42,854 bases of DNA from a virus (lineage: Duplodnaviria > Caudoviricetes), in IMG/VR virus record IMGVR_UViG_3300037440_000068, positions 1 through 42,854 of that record; one strand, 5' to 3'. Below, piece by piece: positions 24,908-35,000 of this stretch. The translations under genes and the position numbers were made by a program. How positions within the stretch are numbered: position 1 is the first letter of the stretch; the number at the start of each line of letters is the position of its first letter. The notes below the pieces were generated by a model. That model was not told the origin of the DNA. It did no database searches and was given only the letters and a program-made list of their open reading frames with translations.

Positions 24908-24988
24908 CGGCTACTGACTTACTACGGGGCGGGCCTGGAGCGGTGTTTAGCCGTGCCGTTTCCGCCGCCCCTCCCATGAGGAACGGCT

Positions 24989-25324
24989 ATGACCATTGAC
25001 CTTAAGGCGCTTGGCGCTTTCATCACCGACCAGCTTGTGCCGCAGGACATTACCATCGGCGGGGAAACCGTCACCGTGCATGTCCGCGTGCTTGCTTCCA
25101 TCGACATCGACCGCTTCGTCGAAGAAACCCGCGATCCGGATATGAACGTCAGGGTTAACTCACTGCCACGCATCCTGGCGAAGTGCATCCGAGACGACAG
25201 TGGCAAAGCCATCTTGACGGCTGAGTCTGCCAGCCAACTGAAGCCCGAAGTCCGCAAGAAGTTCGTCAAGGCATTTCAGGCAGTCAATAACCCCAAAGAG
25301 GAAGGATCCTCGGGAAACGACTAG
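24989..25324 (+). CDS. tail assembly chaperone G
   Basis: Position after the tail tube gene; ends in slippery site G GGA AAC. Confidence 0.85.
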   Translation: MTIDLKALGAFITDQLVPQDITIGGETVTVHVRVLASIDIDRFVEETRDPDMNVRVNSLPRILAKCIRDDSGKAILTAESASQLKPEVRKKFVKAFQAVNNPKEEGSSGND

Positions 25325-25620
25325 CCCGCAAGGGCGGGCTATGGTTTCTCTGCACGCTTGGCCTGGCAATGGGCAAGTCCCTTGGCGAAGTCCGCAGCAT
25401 GTCGCCAGCCGAGTTGCAGATGTGGCGTGACTATTTCCGTCTGTACCCATTCGACGATCACCACCGATACCACCGTCCCGCTGCTTTGATTTCATCGTCA
25501 ATGGGCGGCGACTTCCAGAATAACTTGGACTTCCTGTCTCCGCCGTCGTTCGGCGACCAATACTCCGACGCTGACATCCAAACTATGCGTGCGCTCGGCT
25601 TCGACCCTTCGAGGATTTGA
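25312..25620 (+). CDS. tail assembly chaperone T (reached by -1 frameshift)
   Basis: GGGAAAC at 25312-25318; -1 frame open: RLARKGGLWFLCTLGLAMGKSLGEVRSMSPAELQMW. Confidence 0.85.
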   Translation, partial: GKRLARKGGLWFLCTLGLAMGKSLGEVRSMSPAELQMWRDYFRLYPFDDHHRYHRPAALISSSMGGDFQNNLDFLSPPSFGDQYSDADIQTMRALGFDPSRI

Positions 25621-25623
25621 CCC

Positions 25624-27699
25624 ATGGCCGCAGGCTCAATTGTCATTGATATGCTGATGAGAACGGGTGGATTCGAGACGGATGCGAAACGTGCCGAGAA
25701 ATCACTAAGGAGGATGGAGATTCAGGCTATTGCGGTCGGTAATGCTTTGGGACGGTTTCTTGCTGACGGCATAACTGCTATAGCACGATCTATCCCTGCA
25801 GTTATCAACAATATGGATGAGATGTCCAAGGCTGCGCAGCGCTCTAACATATCTACGGAACTGTTTTCGAGCCTTGCATATGCGGCTGCATTAGCTGACA
25901 TTGAGGTTAATGACATAACAAAGAGCATGGGTCGCCTTGCTAAATCACAGGGCGATGCCGCTAAAGGCCTTAAAGCTCAGACAGAAGGTTTTGCTGCACT
26001 TGGCATTGAGTTTAAAAATGCTGACGGTTCACTTAGAGATACATACGAGGTATTTCTAGATTTTGCTGACGTATTTCAGAAGCACAAGGGTTCGCCTGAA
26101 GTCATGGCACTCGGGATGGAGGTATTCGGCAAATCATTCCAGAAATTCATCCCACTGTTTAAGGACGGTAAGGCTGGTATTGAGGCGGCTGTTGATGAGG
26201 CAAAGCGATTCGGCGTAACAGTATCTACAGAGGCCGGTCATGCGGCAGAACAGTTCAACGATGATTTGGTCAGGTTGACTTCTGCTGCTAAGGGTCTTGC
26301 TACTCAGGTCGCTGCAGATTTGTTGCCAGATCTGAATAACATTGTCGGTGGTTTTGAAGATGCAGCCACGGCCGGTAGTAATGTGGCTGATACGGCAAAG
26401 TCGATCGCTGATGCGATTCGCGTGGTGATGGGGGTTGTAGAGGTCGCGGCGAACATATTCACATTTCTGACGCGAAAGCTTGACGACACCATTCTTGGAT
26501 TCTACGGCCTGCACGAGGCAGCCAAGGGCGTCATAAATCTTAACTGGGATCAGGTCAGGCGCGGAGTTGGGCTTGCGGCAGAAGGGGCTGGTGGTGCATT
26601 GCTTGGTAGGCCAACAGTAGTCACTCCAGGAAACCGTGTACTTTCAAGCACCAGCACTGGTGGAACTGGTCAGTTCGCCAACGTAAACACGCCAGGAACT
26701 GTTGATCCGTTGACCATAGATCCACCTGATCCTTCAGGCGGAAGTGGGAAAAGCGAAGCCGAGAAGGCTGCCGAATCTTTAGAGCGGGCCTATCAGTCGT
26801 TGAACGAACGATTGCACGAACAGATCACGTTGCACGGACAGACCGGTGAGGCGGCCAAGGTTCGATACGAGATCGAGCACGGCGCGCTTTCGCAACTGGA
26901 TAGCGCCAAGGCAGCGATGCTGTTGAAGGATGCCGAGCACCTGGATCTCCTGGACGAGATTGCCGAGCATGAACAGATCGTAGCTGAAATCGCTCGTCAA
27001 GTCGCAGAAGAGCAACAGCGAAGGACTGAGAGAAGGCAGGACGTATTAGACACAATCAGAGACGAGATCGAGTTAGTTCAGATGTCAGCCGAGGCCCAAG
27101 AGGTATGGAACAATCTCAAGTGGGCCGGCGTCGATGCTGAATCGTCGTGGGGTAAGGAGATCGCTGCGGCGACCGAGGAACTTCAGAGGCAGCGGGAAAT
27201 CCAGAACGATCAAATCGAAGTAATGGACGGACTGAGAGACTCAGCTAAAGGATTCCTTGATGATCTTCGAGAAGGTGTTGGCGTTTGGGACGCACTGAAG
27301 AGCGCAGCCGATAACTTTGCTGATGTTCTGTTCGAACTTGCCGCTAGAAAGATCATCGAGCAGTTGTTCGGACAGCAGGGACAATCTGGCGGTGGGTCGT
27401 CTGGGGATGCCATCGGTGGATTCTTAGGCGCTATATTCGGTGGGGCACGTGCGGGTGGTGGCGATGTGATGTCAGGCCGGGCCTACTTGGTAGGCGAGCA
27501 GGGTCCGGAGATGTTCGTGCCTCGAACGTCAGGAACGGTTGTTCCATCAAATGAAACCAGACGTGCAATGGGTGGTGGCAATTCAGTGAGTCAGTACAAT
27601 CAGTTTTCCTTTGCCGCTCCGACATCGAACAAGACCCAAGCACAGATGGCTAATCGTACTGCCTTCGAGCTTGGCCGCGCGCGGAGGCTGACGGCATGA
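25624..27699 (+). CDS. tape measure protein
   Basis: Ala-rich helical; AAGSIVID N-terminus; C-terminal RAGGG.V...YLVGEQGPEMFVP. Confidence 0.92.
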   Translation: MAAGSIVIDMLMRTGGFETDAKRAEKSLRRMEIQAIAVGNALGRFLADGITAIARSIPAVINNMDEMSKAAQRSNISTELFSSLAYAAALADIEVNDITKSMGRLAKSQGDAAKGLKAQTEGFAALGIEFKNADGSLRDTYEVFLDFADVFQKHKGSPEVMALGMEVFGKSFQKFIPLFKDGKAGIEAAVDEAKRFGVTVSTEAGHAAEQFNDDLVRLTSAAKGLATQVAADLLPDLNNIVGGFEDAATAGSNVADTAKSIADAIRVVMGVVEVAANIFTFLTRKLDDTILGFYGLHEAAKGVINLNWDQVRRGVGLAAEGAGGALLGRPTVVTPGNRVLSSTSTGGTGQFANVNTPGTVDPLTIDPPDPSGGSGKSEAEKAAESLERAYQSLNERLHEQITLHGQTGEAAKVRYEIEHGALSQLDSAKAAMLLKDAEHLDLLDEIAEHEQIVAEIARQVAEEQQRRTERRQDVLDTIRDEIELVQMSAEAQEVWNNLKWAGVDAESSWGKEIAAATEELQRQREIQNDQIEVMDGLRDSAKGFLDDLREGVGVWDALKSAADNFADVLFELAARKIIEQLFGQQGQSGGGSSGDAIGGFLGAIFGGARAGGGDVMSGRAYLVGEQGPEMFVPRTSGTVVPSNETRRAMGGGNSVSQYNQFSFAAPTSNKTQAQMANRTAFELGRARRLTA

Positions 27700-28304
27700 C
27701 GATCATCGATGCCGAGCTTGATGTGTGTCCAAGTTATGGATGGCAGGGCGGACCAGAGTTCAACACCCTAATTAAGCAATTTCGCAGTGGGCGGGAAAGG
27801 CGAAAGCCGTTGTGGAGCACGGTAAGGCACCGATACATTTTGCCGGTCATGAATATCAAGGATGACGAATACTTGGCGGGTTTGAAATCCGCATACCTTT
27901 CTGCAATGGGTTCCGCTTATGCGTTCAGAGTTAAAGACTGGTCTGATTTCATCGCATCAAACCAGGTGTTCGCCGCAGGCGATGGGGTAACAGACACATT
28001 CGATATTTCCATTACGTCGTCGTTCGGTGACGCCAGTTATACGAGACGCATCGTATGGCCTATTGATCCTGTTTTCACCGTAGACGGAACTCCAGTTTCC
28101 GCGACATTCGACTATGACAATGGTGTGGTGGTATTTGATTCACCTCCTACTGACCTTTCGGTATTGAGGTGGTCAGGACAGTTTCGTATCATAGTTCGAT
28201 TCGCATCCGACACGTTCCCAATGACGATCGACAATCGCATCGGTGGCGCTGGCGGATCTTATGCGATGAATGGTTCGATTGAGTTGATGGAAGTATTGGA
28301 ATGA
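27696..28304 (+). CDS. distal tail protein (DUF2460, GTA-like)
   Basis: GGPEFNT....SGRERR..W, FRVKDWSD, GDG....F, VRF.SD. Confidence 0.85.
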   Translation: MTIIDAELDVCPSYGWQGGPEFNTLIKQFRSGRERRKPLWSTVRHRYILPVMNIKDDEYLAGLKSAYLSAMGSAYAFRVKDWSDFIASNQVFAAGDGVTDTFDISITSSFGDASYTRRIVWPIDPVFTVDGTPVSATFDYDNGVVVFDSPPTDLSVLRWSGQFRIIVRFASDTFPMTIDNRIGGAGGSYAMNGSIELMEVLE

Positions 28305-29269
28305 GGACGATCCCAATACAACTTCAGAACGAGCTGAATAAGGCTGTTCAACGAACCACACTTTGCGTTCGGATAACGACCCAAAATGCAGGAACATTTG
28401 GGTTCACGATGCTGGATAGAGATGTGACATACGACCACCTGGACGGGTTCGGCCCAGTGATCTATCACGCCAGCACTGGCATTGATCCATCCGAGTTCAC
28501 GGCAGATACTTCCTACGGTGTCGCTAACGCGCAGGGCCCGTCATTCTTCAGCATCCCAGGTCTTGGCATTACCGAAGCTATGGTAAACGCTGGTGAGCTG
28601 GATGACGCAGAGTGGGTGTGTTTCGTCGTTCCGTATGACGATCCTGTTTCTGGTTCCGCTGCTATCCAGGACGCTGGGGATGTCGGTGAGGTCAGTATCA
28701 AGGACCAGTTGGTCTGGATCCCTGAACTACTGTCCTATTCCATGCGTCTGCACCAGCCTATCGGGAGTGTCTTCCAACGGCCATGCCGGGCCATTGCCGG
28801 TAGCCACCGTGCCCAGCCCCTTGGTTGCGGGTGGGATGTGTCGGGACTCTGGACGGACTTCACCATCACCGCAGTGGGTGCCGAGAACACGCGAACCTTC
28901 GACATCGCAGAGGAGGACGCCACGGGCTTCGGATGGTTCCCAGCCCGGCTGATTCTTGAGACTGGAGAGAACGCAGGCACGCGCGTGTACGCCATTGAGA
29001 GCGTCGAGGTTCTGGGCGGCGGTGGCACTCGGATCACGCTTGCCGAGACAACTGGATTCGCTCTTGAAGTCAGCGATATGGGTCGCATCCGACCGGATTG
29101 CCCTAAAACGCCGGAAGCGTGCCAGGACCGCGACAACTACATCAACTTTAACGGCGAGGGCGGCTCCGGAGGCATGGGCATCCCGGTCGGCGATGCCACG
29201 GCAGTCACAGTTCCCGGTGCACAGATGCCGGGTCGCTCCGGCTCTGGTGCGATCACGGAGGCGGAATGA
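28301..29269 (+). CDS. tail hub protein (DUF2163, GTA-like)
   Basis: GFT.LDRD, CRA..G....CG, CPKT...C....NYINF.GE. Confidence 0.85.
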   Translation: MRTIPIQLQNELNKAVQRTTLCVRITTQNAGTFGFTMLDRDVTYDHLDGFGPVIYHASTGIDPSEFTADTSYGVANAQGPSFFSIPGLGITEAMVNAGELDDAEWVCFVVPYDDPVSGSAAIQDAGDVGEVSIKDQLVWIPELLSYSMRLHQPIGSVFQRPCRAIAGSHRAQPLGCGWDVSGLWTDFTITAVGAENTRTFDIAEEDATGFGWFPARLILETGENAGTRVYAIESVEVLGGGGTRITLAETTGFALEVSDMGRIRPDCPKTPEACQDRDNYINFNGEGGSGGMGIPVGDATAVTVPGAQMPGRSGSGAITEAE

Positions 29270-29694
29270 GCGCGAAGGACGCTGTCGCCTATGCCCGCTG
29301 TCTTGTCGGGACCGCCAGGTGGAGGCATCAGGGGCGACGGCCTTGGGCGGTGGACTGCATCGGATTGGTGGAGTTGTCACTGTATGCGTCAGGCTGGCCA
29401 CAGAAGGCAAACGTACCGGCCCGATATGGCCGTGAGCCGTGGGACGACCGGTTGCGGCGCGGGCTGCAGGAGCATTTCGGAGATCCGATCACGGGCGAAT
29501 GGGGGCCCGGTGATGTGCCGTTGATCCGCTGGACCAAGGGCGAGCCTACGCATGTTGGACTGATGGCAGACTACGTGTGGGGCGGACTGTCAATCATCCA
29601 CGCCGACAACCTGCGCGGCGTGATCGAAACACGTCTGGCAGAGTATGTGCTGTCGTGCGTGATCGAGGTCTACCGCCCACGCTGGGAGGGCTGA
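29266..29694 (+). CDS. NlpC/P60-family tail peptidase
   Basis: AR..VGT..WRHQGR....DCIGLV, PGDV, HVG, IIHA. Confidence 0.85.
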   Translation: MSAKDAVAYARCLVGTARWRHQGRRPWAVDCIGLVELSLYASGWPQKANVPARYGREPWDDRLRRGLQEHFGDPITGEWGPGDVPLIRWTKGEPTHVGLMADYVWGGLSIIHADNLRGVIETRLAEYVLSCVIEVYRPRWEG

Positions 29695-29695
29695 C

Positions 29696-30697
29696 ATGTC
29701 CACCAGCACGATTACCGGTGTCGTTGGTGCTGTCATCGGTGGATTCGTTACCGGCTGGGTCAACCCGAAAGGATACTACTACGGTTGGGTCATCGGCTCT
29801 GGCATAGGTGCCGCTGCCGACCCACAGGTCATACAAGGGCCCAAGGTAGGCGATTCCGGTCAGCAGCTTGCGCAAGAAGGCGCGCCCATGCCGATCGTGT
29901 TCGGCTTGTCGCCTCCGATAGCCGGAACCCTGGTCGCGGTCCAGCCTGAGCCGGACATCGTCAAGCGCAAGGAATCGCAAGGCAAGGCCACCCCCAAGGT
30001 CGAAACCGAAACCGCATATCGTACCTATGCCATCGGGTTTGCCGAGGGCGAGTGCGAGTTCGTCCAGGTCTGGAAGAATGGCACGCTGGTGTATGACGCC
30101 GACGATGCGGCGATGGCAAGCAATAATGCCGAGTTCTTGAAGATAGCGCGCTTCTACACCGGCAGCTATGACCAGATGCCGTCGCCTGACCTTGAGGCGG
30201 TGTTTGGTGTAGGTAACGTTCACGCCTTGCGTGGTCGCGTCTACATGGTTCTGGCCCGTGAGGATGTCACTCGCACGGACGGTGCGGTAGCGCAATACAT
30301 CGTTCGCCTGCGCCGTTGCTACGGCGTTGTCTACACGTCTCGTCCTTATGCGGTTGCGATTGTGGAGGGGATCGGATCTACCGGACAGGTGGACGATAGC
30401 GAGTTGTGGGCGCTACCAGCGGAAGGTGTTTCTAGCACTGGCGCATTGGTCGGTGCAGTCCTCGCCGGCGGTCTGCAGGAATACGAGAACCCGCCAGAGG
30501 GGATCGAATCACAAGGGGTTCTTTCCGGAGCTGCGCTTTATGGCGGGTTGCAAGAATATGAAATCGACCCCGAGGGTATTGACTCAGCCGGGGTCTTGGC
30601 AGGCGCAGCGTTGTACGGCGGTTTGGTCGATTACACAGAAGGCGAGCCGGAAGGCATCGTATCTTCCGGCACACTGGTATCAGGGACATTAACATGA
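29696..30697 (+). CDS. tail tip protein, N-terminal part (J/megatron-like) with C-terminal repeats
   Basis: GP...D........G.P.P.VFG, Y.TYAIGF.EG, FYTG..DQ.P.P, A.RG..Y.V. Confidence 0.75.
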   Translation: MSTSTITGVVGAVIGGFVTGWVNPKGYYYGWVIGSGIGAAADPQVIQGPKVGDSGQQLAQEGAPMPIVFGLSPPIAGTLVAVQPEPDIVKRKESQGKATPKVETETAYRTYAIGFAEGECEFVQVWKNGTLVYDADDAAMASNNAEFLKIARFYTGSYDQMPSPDLEAVFGVGNVHALRGRVYMVLAREDVTRTDGAVAQYIVRLRRCYGVVYTSRPYAVAIVEGIGSTGQVDDSELWALPAEGVSSTGALVGAVLAGGLQEYENPPEGIESQGVLSGAALYGGLQEYEIDPEGIDSAGVLAGAALYGGLVDYTEGEPEGIVSSGTLVSGTLT

Positions 30698-31668
30698 CAA
30701 AGCACATCAATCTTCCTCCTTATGCTGTCGCCGGGTATTTCACCTTGGACGCAAGAAAGGTGGACGACAACGGCAGGATCATATCGACGCGCCGCCTTGC
30801 TGGGCCATTCAAGAACATAGAAACAGATACCGGTCTAGATCGCATGGGTGCCAATGCTGACTGGCTTACGTATTGCCAAGTCGGAACAGGTAATACTGCG
30901 CCATCTGCTTCAGACACGTCTCTGGCCGCATTTCTTGTGTCTTCCGGGGATCATCCAAGCGGGCTAAGCAGCCGTGGTGCTCAGGGCTCAGCCCCATACT
31001 ACGCATGGCACCGAATCGTATACCGGTTTGGCACGGGTGTAGCTGCAGGTAACATCGCAGAAGTCGGGATTGGATGGGTTCCAAGCGGATCAGGGCTTTA
31101 CAGCAGGGCGCTGATTCTTGATTCAGGCGGTAGCCCAACTACGATCACGGTCCAGGCAGACGAAGTGCTGGATGTCACTTATGAGTGGCGAGTATACCCA
31201 CCGACCTCTGACGTGGTTGATACAGATTTCGATGTAGGCGGCGTCTTGCACGACATCACAGTTCGGGCTGCGGCTGTTACCACAATACAGCCGCAGTTCG
31301 GTACCGGCTGGGGGATTTATGCTGGATCGTTTTCAAGCTTTGCAACTAATGGTGTGACCGCTTCGATTCGTGCAACCAATCAGGGGAACAGCGGATACAC
31401 TGGAACTATCGGAGCCATAACCGGAACGCCTGCAGGCAGTGCAATAAGTAGCACCAGCACTGGTAGCACAGCCTACGGTGCAAGCGATCTGGCCCGTGAT
31501 GGCACGATCACATGGGGGACGGCTGTGGAGAATGATATTCGAAGCGCCTTGTTCACATTCAACTGGTGCGCCTATCAAGTTCAGTTTGACCCTGCAATAG
31601 ATAAAAACGCTGGGTTCACCCTTGAGCTTACATTCCGACACAGTTGGGTGAGGGCTACCATCCCATGA
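30694..31668 (+). CDS. minor tail structural protein
   Basis: Ser/Thr/Gly-rich; F.NI.TD.GLD, VGTGNTAP...DT.L, GNIAEVG, LYSRALI. Confidence 0.7.
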   Translation: MTKHINLPPYAVAGYFTLDARKVDDNGRIISTRRLAGPFKNIETDTGLDRMGANADWLTYCQVGTGNTAPSASDTSLAAFLVSSGDHPSGLSSRGAQGSAPYYAWHRIVYRFGTGVAAGNIAEVGIGWVPSGSGLYSRALILDSGGSPTTITVQADEVLDVTYEWRVYPPTSDVVDTDFDVGGVLHDITVRAAAVTTIQPQFGTGWGIYAGSFSSFATNGVTASIRATNQGNSGYTGTIGAITGTPAGSAISSTSTGSTAYGASDLARDGTITWGTAVENDIRSALFTFNWCAYQVQFDPAIDKNAGFTLELTFRHSWVRATIP

Positions 31669-32237
31669 TGCCGGACAACGTCCTATCGACATTGGCCATT
31701 GAGGGGCAATTTTTGTCGCCTCGCAACATAACGCCCGCGCCGTTGATTGACTATGAGCGTGGCGGTGTGGCCCTGAACGACGGATCCCAAGGGCTGGACC
31801 TTAAAGACTGGCGCGGTCGGTACATCGATGGTGATTTCGTGTTGGACGCCACCGGGGTAGAGCCAACGGTGGTACACAGTGTTATCGGAGTGACGGAATT
31901 TGGTTTCACCTTCGACCAGAACATGCGTGTCTTCATCGCGTATGTTGATGGTAGCGGATCACACTTCTACTGGTACGATTCATTGATCCCCGGGCACACC
32001 ACTACCGCGCTACCTGCCGGGACCATCACGCCGAAGTGTTCGATGGACGACAAGCGCGGCAGTCAGCTTCTGGTCAATGACATCATCCTGGCGTATGTAC
32101 GCAATGGGAACCTGTACAGCCGGCAGCAGCGTGATCGGTATGAAACTGAGTACCTGCTGCAGGAAAGTGTTAGCGGCGGACTGATTCAGATAGGGATGAA
32201 TGACAAGCTGCGCTTTCAGTTTCTGGTGCAACCCTGA
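31665..32237 (+). CDS. minor tail structural protein
   Basis: Coupled to both neighbours; DYERGG.ALND.SQGL, R.QRDRY..E. Confidence 0.7.
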   Translation: MMPDNVLSTLAIEGQFLSPRNITPAPLIDYERGGVALNDGSQGLDLKDWRGRYIDGDFVLDATGVEPTVVHSVIGVTEFGFTFDQNMRVFIAYVDGSGSHFYWYDSLIPGHTTTALPAGTITPKCSMDDKRGSQLLVNDIILAYVRNGNLYSRQQRDRYETEYLLQESVSGGLIQIGMNDKLRFQFLVQP

Positions 32238-33838
32238 TGGCTTGCGAATGGCCCCTTCATGCTGTGATGTCTGCGCTGGCTCAACGCGCAAATATGCAAC
32301 CGAGCATGTTTGATGTATCGGGTCTGTCGGGTAGCGTTAGAGGAATCACCGTCAACAACACGTACCCGTGTTATGGCGCGATGCACGCTCTTTCTCAAGT
32401 TTACTTCTTCGATCCGTCGAATGCCGATGGCAAGGTGAAGTTTGTGCCTCGCGGTGCCAATGCTGTTGCCACGATCGCTGAGTCAGATTTCATCGACAAC
32501 GACGAGGATGTCGAGGTTGACAGTCGTCGCGGCGACCCGATCAGCATACCTCGTGTGCTACATCTGAACTACTGGGATGTAGATGGCGGGCTCGCGACTG
32601 ACAAACAGCGTAGCGAGCGGCCGGAAGGCTCGCGGTCAGAAGGTGAGGCGTCCCTCCAATCTGCAGTTTTGATGAACGCGGATGAGGCCGCAACTGTCGT
32701 TGCCAAACAGCACGCTGTCATGGCAGAGCTTCAAAAGGGCGAGCTTAACTTCAGCCTGGGCGACAACTACCTACGCCTGACCGAGTCAGACCCGGTGTTC
32801 CTGCAGTACGACAACCGCACTGTGCGCGCCATGCTGGTGAAGGTCGACACCGACGTGGGGGAGCAGAAGTATCGTGCGGTTCACGACAGGCAGAGCCTAT
32901 ACACGCTGAATGTGCAAGGGTTCCCGGCCGCGCCTATTACACCACCGCCGTCGCAGGTGGTAGGCCCGACGCTGGTCGAGTTCATCGACTCGCCTATCTT
33001 CCGCGACACCGACGACAGGCTCGGATGGTACATGGCGATCAGCGGCATATTCCCAGCATGGCAGGGCGCTCTGGTAGAGTTATCCCTTGACGGTGGTCAG
33101 TCCTACATCGACGGACAGAGTTCGTCAATAGAGGCGATCATGGGCACAACGACGACTGTTATGGGAGACCACCCGGCCGCGTTCCCAGATGAGCACAACA
33201 CCGTTACTGTTTCGATCAGCACCCCGAATGCTGACCTTGAATCTTTCGACCTGTCCGGTCTGTTGAATGGCCGAAACCGCGCTATTATAGGCGATGAGAT
33301 CGTGCAGTTCGGGGTCGTGGACGAGACGTCGCCTGGCGACTGGGAGTTGTCTTATTTTCTGAGAGGACGCCGGCACACTGAGACGGTCGAGCACGCCATC
33401 GGTGAGCGGTTCGTGCTACTCGACGGCGCAGTCGCGTTCATCCCGGCCGAACTTGCGATGCTGAACAGGTCGCTAACGTTCCGAGCCACAAGCTTCGGCA
33501 CAAGCACAGATGACGCCACCATCATCAACGTCACGTTCACAGGACAGAGCCAGACCGAATTTGCACCTGCCTATTTGCAAGCACGCCGAGATGGAACCGA
33601 TCTTGTTGCAAGCTGGCAAGGGGTGGGTCGTCTCGGTAGCGGTGCAAATACCGCGCAAGGTGTTAACTTCACTGGGTACCGAATCACCCTGACTGACGGA
33701 AGCGTCACGCAGACGTTCGACCAGGTGCAACAATCCATCACCACATCGCTGTCTGCATTCAGCGGTCCCGTGACCGTCAGCGTACAGCAGCGGAACCAAC
33801 TGACCGGGCTAGGCCCGCACATCGAGGTTACAATCTAG
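32237..33838 (+). CDS. tail tip protein, C-terminal part (Phage-tail_3/megatron-like)
   Basis: DGKVKFVPRG, PR...L.Y.D, WQGA....S.DGG, NRAIIGDEIVQF, LRGRR.TE...H..GERFV. Confidence 0.85.
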   Translation: MACEWPLHAVMSALAQRANMQPSMFDVSGLSGSVRGITVNNTYPCYGAMHALSQVYFFDPSNADGKVKFVPRGANAVATIAESDFIDNDEDVEVDSRRGDPISIPRVLHLNYWDVDGGLATDKQRSERPEGSRSEGEASLQSAVLMNADEAATVVAKQHAVMAELQKGELNFSLGDNYLRLTESDPVFLQYDNRTVRAMLVKVDTDVGEQKYRAVHDRQSLYTLNVQGFPAAPITPPPSQVVGPTLVEFIDSPIFRDTDDRLGWYMAISGIFPAWQGALVELSLDGGQSYIDGQSSSIEAIMGTTTTVMGDHPAAFPDEHNTVTVSISTPNADLESFDLSGLLNGRNRAIIGDEIVQFGVVDETSPGDWELSYFLRGRRHTETVEHAIGERFVLLDGAVAFIPAELAMLNRSLTFRATSFGTSTDDATIINVTFTGQSQTEFAPAYLQARRDGTDLVASWQGVGRLGSGANTAQGVNFTGYRITLTDGSVTQTFDQVQQSITTSLSAFSGPVTVSVQQRNQLTGLGPHIEVTI

Positions 33839-33840
33839 CC

Positions 33841-34119
33841 ATGAGCGAGAATCCGGTTTATTCCAGATCTGCGCGAGAGGCCAATGAAGTGGATGGGGTT
33901 GACTTGAAACCCGGTCACTTCTATTGGGTCCAGCCTACGTTTGACTGTGATACGCCGGATGCGAAGTGGGGTGTTTTCCCGAACTCAATCCAGCCCGCCA
34001 GATTCATCGGTTATACGGATGCTGGGGATGAGCGATGGGATTGGCTGGACGGCGGCGTGGAAGATTGGCCGCCATGCTGGCATGGGCCTGAAATTTCTCC
34101 ACCGGAGACGAAAGCATGA
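33841..34119 (+). CDS. hypothetical protein inserted in the tail module
   Basis: G.FYWV...W....W..GP.I.PP; overlaps the next gene. Confidence 0.6.
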   Translation: MSENPVYSRSAREANEVDGVDLKPGHFYWVQPTFDCDTPDAKWGVFPNSIQPARFIGYTDAGDERWDWLDGGVEDWPPCWHGPEISPPETKA

Positions 34120-35000
34120 CAACCCCCAACACCGGCATCCCATACGTCCCCGAGGGAACGCTGGATCCAGCCGCCGGACTGAACCTGGCGCTGAACGTGA
34201 TCGACGCGCTGCTGCAGACTGCGGTCATCAACATGACCGAGACGGCGCCGCCAGGGTCACCGACCGATGGCGATCTGTACATCGTGGGTGCATCGGCAAC
34301 CGGCGACTGGGTTGGGCAGGACAACAACCTCGCGCGCTACGTCGATGAGGGCGACTTCTGGCAGTTCTACGTGGCCGGAACCAGCGTGCACCTGATCCTA
34401 AGCAAGGACGACGGAGGGCTGTACGCGTGGGATGGCGCAGCATGGGTAGCACCTATTGTTGCAGGGAGCGTAGCGGCGGACGCGGTCAGCTACGACAACG
34501 CTACTTCAGGATTAACGGCAACAGAAGTGCAAGCCGCACTTGACGAGATTGCCGCTGCGCTTGGTGGTGGTGGGGTTTCTGGCCCCATATCCAGCACTGA
34601 CAACGCGCTTCCTCGCTGGGATGGCGCTGGCGGAGACACGTTGCAGAATTCCAGCGTGTTGGTTACGGACTCTGATGAGATCAGCGGCTATCGCGGAAAC
34701 ATCAACAAGCAGACCGGCACCACGTATGAACTGGTAGCGGCGGACAGCGGCAAGATTGTTGAACTTGCCAACGTCGGGGCGATTACCCTGACCTTGCCGA
34801 ACGACTTGCCGCAGGGATTCTGCTGCACCGTAGTACAAGCAGGTGCCGGAGTCGTGACATTCGATCCGGAAGCGGGCGGCACAATGAACAACAGAAGCGT
34901 CCACAGCGACACGGCAGGCGAATGGGCATTGTGCATGTTGTACGTCAGTGCGAATACCGGAACTGATGCAGCGTGGGTTCTTGGAGGGGACACAGCCTGA
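34116..35000 (+). CDS. DUF2793-containing tail fibre/receptor-binding protein
   Basis: N.AL..ID.LLQ......PPGSP.DGD.YIV...ATG.W.GQD..LA; C-terminal TY.L...D.G....L..A...TLP. Confidence 0.8.
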   Translation: MTTPNTGIPYVPEGTLDPAAGLNLALNVIDALLQTAVINMTETAPPGSPTDGDLYIVGASATGDWVGQDNNLARYVDEGDFWQFYVAGTSVHLILSKDDGGLYAWDGAAWVAPIVAGSVAADAVSYDNATSGLTATEVQAALDEIAAALGGGGVSGPISSTDNALPRWDGAGGDTLQNSSVLVTDSDEISGYRGNINKQTGTTYELVAADSGKIVELANVGAITLTLPNDLPQGFCCTVVQAGAGVVTFDPEAGGTMNNRSVHSDTAGEWALCMLYVSANTGTDAAWVLGGDTA

